Of a stretch of DNA of 64,000 nucleotides, positions 1-10,117 are shown in pieces (within the stretch, counting starts at the first letter, position 1; the number at the start of each line of letters is the position of its first letter). The notes under the pieces are model-generated. The model ran no database searches, had not been told where the DNA came from, and was given only the letters and a program-made list of their open reading frames with translations. The stretch lies in contig SMSO01000032.1 in assembly GCA_004764695.1 (NCBI GenBank), positions 5,178,483 to 5,242,482 on the forward strand, given 5' to 3'. Both the position numbers and the translations under genes were made by a program. This DNA is from Schizochytrium sp. TIO01 (taxonomy: Eukaryota > Protista > Bigyra: Labyrinthulomycetes).

Positions 1-806
1 ATCGGTAGTCGCTCATGTATGATTATTTTCCACTGCATCTACTTGATCGAGGGTCTGTTCAGAGCAAACCAGCCGATTCTGTAGCAGCCATTTACGATCT
101 ACATGATACTACACATAGTAGGTTGCACCGTGAATAAATCAATACCAATCCTCCAAATCGTCTGTCTTGTTCGTCGTGATACCTAGGTCCACAAAAATCT
201 GGTCTTGCTATGGCTGCGATCAAGATTAGATCATAGTCTTAATTTTCAATTTCTTGTCCTTTTCGTGTGCACCTTGCTTAAACAAAGCTTTAAAGAACTG
301 TTGCTTCCAATCAAAACTTGGCAACAAGTTCTTATAAGCTATTTCTTTACCTTTCACAAAGGTCAAGTTATTAGAGATAATACCTAACTGGGGCCTAACT
401 CCAGTGGCCTATTGGAGATGGCACAGTTTTAGTGTGTTCTCTTACTATGTACGTAGTGTATCGCTAGTAACAATCTTTGGACTGTTCATAACTCCTGAAC
501 ATCCCGAGTTATTCGCTATGAAATAACGCGTGTGTCGCAAGTTTGCACATAGTACAGTGTTGATCGCATTGCCTGGGCACTCTTCCTTGGCCACGTACTA
601 AGCAAACCCCCTTCTCATGCAATCACAATCATACAACCTAGCTGTCACTCTTGGACGCACGCCAGAATAGCTAGGTATGCACGTGCGCCATTGAATCCTT
701 AAAATCACATCACTTCCACTTCCCTTAACTAAGACCACGCGTGCAGAAGAAGCCTTTGTGCAAGTTGGAGACTATCAGTAGACAAGAAACGATTGTCGAG
801 TTCCTC

Positions 807-1919
807 ATGACGTCTAAGCTACAGGAGCTGACACTTCTCGAGCCACACCTTGTACGTAGCTATACAGAAGATGAGTGCTTGAGTCAGGTCTCGCTAGGCT
901 CTATCAAACAAAGTCAAAATAAACAGCGCAAAGCGTCAAGGGCACTATTTAGAGGTCTTTGTGTCTTAACATCACCTGTCCTTGTGCCTAGTGGGTGGAG
1001 AGCTCTGGGAGGTATCGAAAATGCTTGCAGAAAAGGAATGTCTACTACGGCAGTCTTGCTGCTGCTCTCACGCGTAATTTGGCACATTCTTGGCGATAGA
1101 GAGGACAACGCGGCGATCCAGCTCGCTGGAGCTGTGCCGGGAATCCGGCTCCGTGCCATGCATTTATATTTTGGCATAATTAAAAGACTTGAGAAAGCAT
1201 CAGGTTACCGTCATCCACAAATGCACATTGATGCAAACCGAGGTATGCGATCAATCATGGGACTTCGTGCAGTAACCATTGACCACGCAGTCGAGAAAGC
1301 TGTAAGGACGCAGGGCCTGCGACAACTAGTTGTTTTCGCCGCTGGCTTTGATGTTACAAGTCAATCCCCCTGCGTACTTGATCGTATTGAGGAAGAGCCA
1401 GGTTCGCTGTGTTGTTTTGAAATTGATAAGCCAGAGGCGCAAGAAATCAAACAAACTGCTGTGCGCGAAGCAGGACTCCCGACTGGTCATGTCACTTTTG
1501 TGAGTAGTGATTTAAGTGAGGGTGATTGGCTGGAAAAGGCAATTGCTTCTGGTTTGGATCCTGATCTCCGTACTATTATTCTTTGGGAAGGTGGTACATA
1601 TTACTTGCCACGAAATGTCGTGCATGGTATTCTAGCATCCTTTCGGAGAAAATTTACAGCAGGGTCACAGATTATCTTTGATTTTCCGCTCACTAATCGA
1701 GTTGCTGAATCTGTGCTCGTATGGCTTGAATGCATTGGCGAATCGTGGCTATTTGATTTACACGGAAATACGGACTCTGTCGAAAGTTGTACTCAAATCA
1801 TTGCTAATTTTGTTGCTGGAGCTGGGCTGAACCTCGTCAACGTTGAGTTCATTGAACAATCGTCTGCACAGCTGAAGTCCCGTTTTGCAGGCTGTGCGGT
1901 TGCACAAGTTCCTCTTTAG
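807..1919 (+). CDS. SAM-dependent methyltransferase, leucine carboxyl methyltransferase (LCM)-like / TIGR00027 type
   Basis: Single long ORF, first ATG at 807. Motifs LRAVTIDHAV, QLVVFAAGFD, FEIDKPE..EIK, VSSDLSEGDWLE..IASGLDP, IILWEGGTYYL and SQIIFDF follow the LCM/ML2640-like family pattern. Confidence 0.85.
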   Translation: MTSKLQELTLLEPHLVRSYTEDECLSQVSLGSIKQSQNKQRKASRALFRGLCVLTSPVLVPSGWRALGGIENACRKGMSTTAVLLLLSRVIWHILGDREDNAAIQLAGAVPGIRLRAMHLYFGIIKRLEKASGYRHPQMHIDANRGMRSIMGLRAVTIDHAVEKAVRTQGLRQLVVFAAGFDVTSQSPCVLDRIEEEPGSLCCFEIDKPEAQEIKQTAVREAGLPTGHVTFVSSDLSEGDWLEKAIASGLDPDLRTIILWEGGTYYLPRNVVHGILASFRRKFTAGSQIIFDFPLTNRVAESVLVWLECIGESWLFDLHGNTDSVESCTQIIANFVAGAGLNLVNVEFIEQSSAQLKSRFAGCAVAQVPL

Positions 1920-2356
1920 ATGGGTTTTCAAACCTGGTCGTCCTCAAACCCAGAAAAGAAGCGATCAGAATTGCCTGGGGCATTGTCTACTAAATGCAAC
2001 ATTCTGACTGAGACTGATTCTATGGAAGCGTGGTGACTTCTGTATGGCATTCCCCACACCATACTACGCGAGTTGAATAATCTTTCTATAGGCTAAACGT
2101 CGTTCCGAAGAATCCCCATGAAATGTTTGATGGGTAAGCGGGTATATTCATTACTCTGAACGGCTTAATTTAAGATAAGGTTTGATCTGCAAACTTTTAA
2201 AATTGGATTCTCAACTCTAATATGTTTGAAAGGAGCAACATCGTTGTAAACTAAATGACAAAAAAAACTGATTCGATTAGATTCGATAATGATCTTGTAG
2301 TGATATAGTACTGTTCATGAGGTGCGCTTTATTGTGGGGAGCCCTGCTCAAATTTT

Positions 2357-2842
2357 TTACTGTGCGCGGGTTTTACGGGGCTGAGGTACGCCTGGCACAG
2401 AAATTATGTTTTGGGAGGACATCTTTTTCTCAGTGCTCATCGAGTTTCGTGCCGAAGCTCTCTTTCCACGACCGATACCTAAGAGTGTAAGGATTCGCTC
2501 CCAGAATCGACGTCGCTGCTGGCTTGACTCGGATCCAGACCGCCCAGACCGCCGTGAATGCTGCGAGGCATCAGTAGAGCACGTGGATACAGATGAGCTT
2601 CTGTGTGTCTTCTCCCTCTCCTCCTTTCGCGTTAAACTTTCTTCGACCCACTCCTTCGTAATGTATTCTCTCTGACGGTCGATATTCGCGATGAGCTTCA
2701 TGTGTTCAGCCTGGCGAGGAAACGACTTGCGGTGTTGTTTCCATTGAACTTGACCCACTAGCCATGCCTTGTTTTTGCTCGCCTCTAAAAGAGTGAAGCT
2801 CGGGTTTTGGGACAGCCACTCCTCCTGTGTCATGTGCGCCAT
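2357..2842 (-). CDS. Small basic hypothetical protein (161 aa)
   Basis: ATG-started ORF with coding-like composition and a GCAAAACCAAAAC motif on the same strand about 110 bp upstream (2953-2965). No recognisable domain. Confidence 0.5.
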   Translation of the reverse strand: MAHMTQEEWLSQNPSFTLLEASKNKAWLVGQVQWKQHRKSFPRQAEHMKLIANIDRQREYITKEWVEESLTRKEEREKTHRSSSVSTCSTDASQHSRRSGRSGSESSQQRRRFWERILTLLGIGRGKRASARNSMSTEKKMSSQNIISVPGVPQPRKTRAQ

Positions 2843-5800
2843 TCTGTACTTTTGCCGGACTCGAGCCTGTTGCCTCTGCTGTCTCGTCTTGCAATCAATT
2901 TATTCTTGCGATCTGTTGATCCTCAGGTGCTTGGTCTTCTTCTCGATCTCACGTTTTGGTTTTGCCAGCCTCGCCGAGCCCACGTTGTCAACCTCGCTCT
3001 TTTGCGCGCCGTTTCCAGAGAGCCCACGTAACGCTCCCCTGCTTCTTCTGCTTTTTGGTATCATAGGATCCAATTCCTCTCATATCTGTTCTTTTCGCTC
3101 TGTCCCACTCACTCTTATTTCCCATATCTTCTCCCTTTCCGTTTCTATGAATTAATCCAAATCTCGCCGCCTCCCTCACATCCCCACTGCAGAATTTTAG
3201 ATAGTATGGCTGTGTTCTGTCTCCTCCTGGCCCTCAAAATCTGCAAAAAATGCTCGCATCGGCAGTTGGCTTCTAGAGTAAAAGATAGCGAATGGGCTAG
3301 TCCGTTCTTCGAGCTTTCGTCTTTGAGAACACCCCTCGAACGGGGTGCTACTGAAAGCAGTAGGGGGGGTCCTAGTCCCGCTTGGTTGGATAGGCAGCTA
3401 AGAATGAAGATCGTTTTCGTGACGATTGCTGGTTGCCCACATGTTTGAGGCAGCTGGGTTCTCCAATTGGATACCTTTAATTCAGCCCTCGCATTGGCAA
3501 ATGGACAGACTCGAGCTCGGGCCAGAGCAGAAGAACCTTCTTCATCCAAACTGGATCTGAAGATACGCAGCAGCTCAAAGAATGCGTACCGCAGGCTCTC
3601 TAGCAGCAGCTACGCCGCACTAGGAGTGCTCATAATCTCTGAAAGACGATGGTGGTTCTCCAATTAAGTATGTTCACGGCTCTTAGTGTCAACATGGGGT
3701 TCTCAAAGCTGACAACTGAGTCCGAAAACTTGAACCTGTAACTGCTAGTGCCGGAGTCACGATTCAAAGGAACTTGCTCGGAGATGGAGGATTCCTTAGG
3801 AGCTAGGGCGCGTTGAATGAATCTGAGAGCCCGGGTAGTAGTAGGCACCTGCCTGGGCAACTATGTAGGAGTCTAGCTGCTAAAATTGACGCATGCCGGG
3901 GTCCTGAAAAGTAGCAAATTTGAGAAGGAGGAGAATACCTTTGGAAAGATCATGATGCGTGTTGGTTGCTGCCAAACCTTAAGGAAATTGAGCTGGTATC
4001 TGCTTGGCACTGGACATTTCGTGGAGCTCGTGCAGGAGGCTCTGACTTAGAGGAATAATAAGCTCTAGGTACTTAAGGACTGAGACTTAAAGTACTCGCA
4101 TATGGTGCTACCACGAACCATGTCTGTATTATTCAACAATGTGATCATATTTCGTGAAGCAGCTGCAATGAGCCAGGTGCCAAACAAAAACAATAGTAAT
4201 AGCAGGTCGTTACAACTGGTACTAGTACGTTATGATATGAAGGGGTGTACTTAGTAACGAGTTAGGGGCATCATTTAAAGCACTTAAGGGCAATACTTAT
4301 CAGGCGGGTCTAGGCAGCTGATGTAATGGTTAAACTTCAAGTTTGTCGCACACTAATTCGAGTTGCTGATGCCGCCTAGCTAGAAGGTAACAAACAATAA
4401 AAACAAAATAATTTGCATGATACGTGTGTTTCGGAGGTTTGCTGAGGAATTATCTTCGTGAATACAAACTAATGTATGCAAGTAAGGTATGCCACTGCAA
4501 TAGAACTATAGCGATTCTGCGTAAGAAATTGTATCAGTTTTAAATTTCACACCAATAAGTCAAAACCAAATGGGCATATTCTTGACAAAACACGTTACCT
4601 CCACTGCAGGAGAAAAACTGCAATCGAATCCTCCAAAGTCGACAAATTAGGTAGTCATCTTTAAGATCGCAATTTATAGTTATATATGGTTCTACCGAGT
4701 TCTCGAACAGTAGGTACCAGGGAACATTATACTGCCAGAGTACTTGGCTTCTGTTTTCAAATCTTAAAAGATTACCGTTCGTATAGGAGTAGAATCAGAC
4801 AAGGGTACAGGAAACTGAGAACACAAGGAGCACAGCCACATATCCAATAGTGTGAAACACAGGAAAATACACTACATAGTTGAGCGAGCAAACCCATCCT
4901 CCCCCCCCCATTCGCGGGATAAAACAAGCCTGGTCTGATTCAGGCCACTAATATGTTATTGTCTAAGTACTTCCACCTTGCAATATATCCCAAAGGTCAG
5001 AAGATCAGCAAAATAAAAATTAATAAAGCTTTATGTATGACTCCTAAGCCTTCGTAAATCTTGCCAATAAACTTTCAACGCACCAGAACTTCGCGAAGAC
5101 CAGTCACCCCAGTTATCAAATTTCTCAAATATTGTACTGTGCCTTTCAAAACCTGATTGGGAGTGTCTCTACAACTTGACTACTCGCAGTCTCCTATGTG
5201 TCTTTACTCTAGCTTGTTACTAAGCTGCATAGATAATTTTATTAAATAATTAAAATAAATAACCTCAGTCTTCGTCGAATAGAATCTCACACAAAACGTG
5301 GCTTTCAATATTCTTTCTCCTCAAATGTTTCTTTCTCGTCTTCTTACTAGTTTTGGTCCTCTCGCAGCTATTCCTGTATGCTTTGAGAGATATGCTACTT
5401 CGCAATGCTAGATGACAAATATTCTTCATGCGGCCCACTGAACATCATTGATGGAGAGATTTTTTACATGAAATATTGCCAGAGCTCTCAGCAAAGCATA
5501 TGTATGTTTTAAGGGAATTGCGCAAGTACAATAGACAACCAGAGAGCTCTCTTACTAGTCAGGGGTACTCCTGACCTCAAGTAAATGCATATCAATATAC
5601 GGACAAAGGGCGACGGGAACTAAGGGTACACATAGCGTATATAAAAATGACCTTCATGTAGCTTTAAAAAAGTAGCTAACCATTGAAGAGCCGACGTAAT
5701 CTGAACTTTCTAAATCGGTGCAAAGTCTGTCATAGCATTGAATGTTCATTCGGTAGTACTTTGAGAGGCTGTTTTTGATAGAATTTGCGTCAGCCCGACT

Positions 5801-6586
5801 CTTCGTATATTTCATAGTAGGTGTCACTACTCTACGTCATCGCACGTCCTGGGCTATTCAGTGAAAGTGGCCTCATCTAATGATAATATTAATGGAAAGA
5901 ATTTGACAGTAATATTCTTGATTTCTTAGAATGTCTTGCCCAACTACAGCACCTTACAAAGGGTTTCATCGGCTCGGCTGCTTCCTGAATGCCTGGCCTG
6001 GGTGGAGCATACTGTGGTAGATAAAAACGCGCTGTGGCATGAAAGTCTGGTTGAAATTTCCTGCGGTATATCGTATTGCTTGAGAACGAGTCATCTTTAG
6101 TGTTCCTTCAACACTTTTATCTTCAATTAATAATCATTTGTTGAGGTTTCATTTCTCTTCATTCAACTTGAATCATGGTAGTATTGAAAGAGAGAGAGGA
6201 AGTATCTACCATCTAGGGATAAAAACAAATTGGAAGTAAAGAAAAGTTGGAACCCTTAATACCTATCTATGCGACTTCAAGAATAAATAATAGATAACTC
6301 TCAGGACGTGTGTGAAGTGGCCCCATATGCTTTTAAATGATAATTTAAGATGCGAGAGGAGAAGCTAATCTGTAGCTTGACCCAGAGCCAATGAAGTGAC
6401 TATTACTTGCAGCAGACGTAAACATCTGGTGGCATTTCTTGTAGACATAGTGAAGCAGAAACGTCTCAGCTTGCAGTGCTATGAAGGTTTAAAAAAAAAC
6501 ACATAACGCTGTCATTAAAAGGGGTTTGAAGTTTCTTTAAACAATGAATACAAAGTTACGGGGGAATGGCGCTTCTGCTTAGATAA

Positions 6587-6682
6587 TTTGTTTGTTTGTT
6601 TGTTTGTTTGTTTGTTTGTTTGTTTGTTTGTTTGTTTGTTTGTTTGTTTGTTTGTTTGTTTGTTTGTTTGTTTGTTTGTTTG
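6587..6682. repeat. (TTTG)n microsatellite, about 24 units
   Basis: Perfect tetranucleotide run. Confidence 0.97.
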
Positions 6683-7283
6683 CACAATTGACCCAGAATA
6701 ACGCTCGCATTTACCTCCAACAGGTGAGGATTGGATGGTGTTATATCCCGACCTCCTGCTTCCGGACTCCAGTTTATCAGAGTTGCCTATTCCAGAGACT
6801 ATCTGCTAGGTAGGATACGTTAAGCCCTGCAATCAAATGCTGCTTCTTTTTGATAGCCCCACTATTACACCAGACAAACCCGACGTTAGAATAAAAGCTT
6901 CAAGAGCCGGAGTTACGATATGGAAGCCTTTTCTACCTTTTTACAAAAAAGAAAAAGAAAAAGAAGAAAGGTTGGCACACCACCACATAATTTGCACTAA
7001 GGAGTATCGGTTGCGCGCGTGTCTAAAGGGTAACATAAGCCAGGTGCCTCAAACTGATGCTGAACAGCTCATTTGCACTGCCTTCTTTCTGCACGTGTCT
7101 AACTCATTGCAGTATTTGTTAACTAACATAGAGCGCCATTGCTTCCTCGCTCCATTTATATTTGGCTCTTCCTTTCTATCAGGTCTATTGTGTAAATACC
7201 GGTTACTATGGGTCAATAGGAGTCTGTTCACTTGGGGCATCAACATTTTTGGAAGAAAACTACCCTGTACATTAAAAAAAATA

Positions 7284-7316
<33 letters not shown>
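7284..7316. repeat. (TA)n microsatellite
   Basis: Dinucleotide run about 260 bp upstream of paralog 1. Confidence 0.9.
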
Positions 7317-7574
7317 TTTAAAATATCCTTTTGAATTTTATTTTTTTTGGTAAAATAGATAAATGCTTAACTAAAAATTGAATCAAGATGCATGCGCTAT
7401 TCTTACTTTACCAATTCATCAAAAACAAATCAAGATCAACATCAAACGAAGGCAAAACCCGAACTCAATCAACTTCAAAGACTGGAGATACAATTCCATT
7501 GAGACTGAACAACGATACATTGGTAAAGCCTATTAAGCTCTTAGACTTCAAGGTCTTACAGTGGATTGTAAACC

Positions 7575-10117
7575 ATGCAATCTACTAAAAGCATCCTCTG
7601 GCTAACGGTGCTGGCAACTCTGACAGTCTTTACGAATGGCTGTTTAGAGTCAGGCGTTACATGCACGGGCAAGCTTATTAAAATCAAAGGTGCCACAACC
7701 ACTGTTTGTGGCGATTCAAGCGAATGCTCAACCATATGCTCAGAATATGAAGCATGTGTTGCATGGACTTACAATGTTAACAACAAGAAATGCTCCATCT
7801 ATTCAACACGCACTGGCACGAAAAAGAACTCTAAGTATTTAACCGGCGCTCGAGACTGCGCTGGAGATGCTGAAAGTAATACACCTGCACCTACGCTTGC
7901 GCCTACGCCCGAGCCAACGGAATGTGCATCTTGGAGCTATGGCCAGTTTATTGGGTCTGGTGACGAGTTCGTGCTGTCTGTGAAAGGTATTGCCGAGCCT
8001 GAAGACTGTGAAGCACTTTGCGCTGCAGAAACTGATTTTACTTGTGTGTGCTGGTCGCACCACCGCAATGGAGCATCCAAGAACAGAATTTGTGAGCTTT
8101 ATGAAAGTAGGCCTAAGTTCGTGCCACAGAAAATGTCTAGCAAGTGGACATCTGGTCCATTCGGCTGCCCTACTCCTGCTCCTACGCATTTCCCGACTAA
8201 TTTCCCGACTGTCCACCCGACTGCTTATCCGACGGATTACCCGACCGCCTTCCCAACTGCAGAGCCTACACAGTTTCCGACGGCCTTCCCAACTGCAGAG
8301 CCTACAGAATTTCCGACTGCCTTCCCAACTGCAGAGCCTACAGAATTTCCGACGGCCTTCCCAACTGCAGAGCCTACACAGTTTCCGACGGCCTTCCCAA
8401 CTGCAGAGCCTACAGAATTTCCGACGGCCTTCCCAACTGCAGAGCCTACACAGTTTCCGACGGCCTTCCCAACTGCAGAGCCTACAGAATTTCCGACGGC
8501 CTTCCCAACTGCAGAGCCTACACAGTTTCCGACGGCCTTCCCAACTGCAGAGCCTACACAGTTTCCGACGGCCTTCCCAACTGCAGAGCCTACACAGTTT
8601 CCGACGGCCTTCCCAACTGCAGAGCCTACAGAATTTCCGACGGCCTTCCCAACTGCAGAGCCTACAGAATTTCCGACTGCCTTCCCAACTGCAGAGCCTA
8701 CAGAATTTCCGACTGCCTTCCCAACTGCAGAGCCTACACAGTTTCCGACGGCCTTCCCAACTGCAGAGCCTACAGAATTTCCGACGGCCTTCCCAACTGC
8801 AGAGCCTACACAGTTTCCGACAGCCTTCCCAACTGCAGAGCCTACACAGTTTCCGACGGCCTTCCCAACTGCAGAGCCTACAGAATTTCCGACTGCCTTC
8901 CCAACTGCAGAGCCTACAGAATTTCCGACTGCCTTCCCAACTGCAGAGCCTACACAGTTTCCGACGGCCTTCCCAACTGCAGAGCCTACACAGTTTCCGA
9001 CGGCCTTCCCAACTGCAGAGCCTACACAGTTTCCGACGGCCTTCCCAACTCCAGACCCTACAGCATTTCCGACGGCCTTCCCAACTCCAGACCCTACAGC
9101 ATATCCCACTCTGTCTCCTGTTACAATTGAAGAATTGACTCCTGCTCCTACGCAAGCCCCGATTTACCAGTGCCCTGATCGAAAGCTTGATATCATGTGG
9201 ATCATGGACAACAGTCAATCAATTTCTACCACTGGATCACAGACGCTTCAATCACTACTCCCTCGCTTGGCTGAGGCTTACACTTTGTCTAGTGCCGATA
9301 CACGTTTTTCTGGGCTTGCCTACAGCACACAGATTAGTGGCGTCTCAACAACAATCAACAGTAGTTACCCCCTTGGATCAAACCCATTCAATTCGTAAGT
9401 TTACAAAACTCGAGACCAGCGCAACATCATTAGATACGTGCCAACGTGAAAAACATATGACTGAGAGGTGCAATAAACACCATACTAACTCTCTGCATCC
9501 GATGTAACGATTACAGTGAACAAAACATTTCGCCATTTAACTTTGCTATGGATCAATCTGTGAACACAAATGGAAAATGGGACGATTTTGGAGCTGCAAT
9601 GATTGCTAGTGGAAAAACTAACACCCCTCAAGCTTTGCAGGCCGCCAAGTATATCATGGGCCTCACGTATGATGAGGGAGGTCCACGAAGCGACGATGAT
9701 GAAATTATTAAGATCGTCATTCTTTTTACAGATGGCAACCCCAATCTTCGAACAGGCGTGACATGTGGTAACATCAATGATTCGACAAAAAATGCTGATA
9801 CATCCAAGTATTTCATGGCATGCACAGAATGGCTAGTATATGAGCTTATTACCGAATACAAAGTCTACTTTATCGACGTACAGATCGGTAGCGACATTGA
9901 CTCAAATTTTCTCAACTATTGCATAAATCTTCCCACTGCAAATGGTAGTCAGCCACTCCCAATCCAAAGCATCCAGGCTACTTTTGACAACATTCAAGAA
10001 ACAGTCGACCAAATCATTCAAGCAAGCTGCTTTAGCTCAAGCTACGCGGAACCCCAATCCGTATCTTTCAAATATACGAGTACAACTGAGTGTGCCAAGA
10101 AAATCACTGTGTCTTAA
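7575..10117 (+). CDS. Secreted PAN/Apple-PAN/Apple-PT-repeat stalk-vWA protein, paralog 1 (exons 7575-9394, 9517-10117; about 806 aa)
   Basis: Signal peptide MQSTKSILWLTVLATLTVFTNG; PAN-like C..C....C.(A/C)W......C..Y motifs twice; about 24 x 12-aa PT repeats; vWA with DIMWIMDNSQS (DxSxS), TNTP and IVILFTDG. Intron GTAAGT(9395)...TACTAAC(9483)...TTACAG(9516) joins the two ORFs in frame. Confidence 0.9.
8250..9113 (+). repeat. Coding 36-bp tandem repeat, about 24 units (PTAFPTAEPT[Q/E]F)
   Basis: Unit ttcccaactgcagagcctaca(cag/gaa)tttccgac(g/t)gcc; 22 AE-type units followed by 2 PD-type units. Confidence 0.97.
9395..9516 (+). other. Spliceosomal intron, phase 2 (paralog 1)
   Basis: GTAAGT donor, TACTAAC branch point, TACAG acceptor; splicing restores the frame. 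Confidence 0.9.

Noticed and set aside
2843-3860. Upstream extension of the 2357-2842 ORF by stop-codon readthrough or a non-standard genetic code
   Set aside because: About six stops of all three types in ~210 codons is not clearly below chance, and other genes in the window use the standard code. At most a decayed relic.
8250-9113. 36-bp repeats as a CRISPR array
   Set aside because: Units are directly adjacent with no unique spacers, lie in frame within a CDS, and no cas genes are present in this eukaryotic context.
7839-9218. Long antisense and alternative-frame ORFs over the PT repeats (also 28653-29362 and 45182-45685)
   Set aside because: Shadow ORFs produced by stop-free tandem repeats.
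9548-10117. Second ORFs (9548, 29544, 36708, 46120) as separate genes in operon-like pairs
   Set aside because: They are the C-terminal halves of the vWA domains and join in frame through canonical introns.
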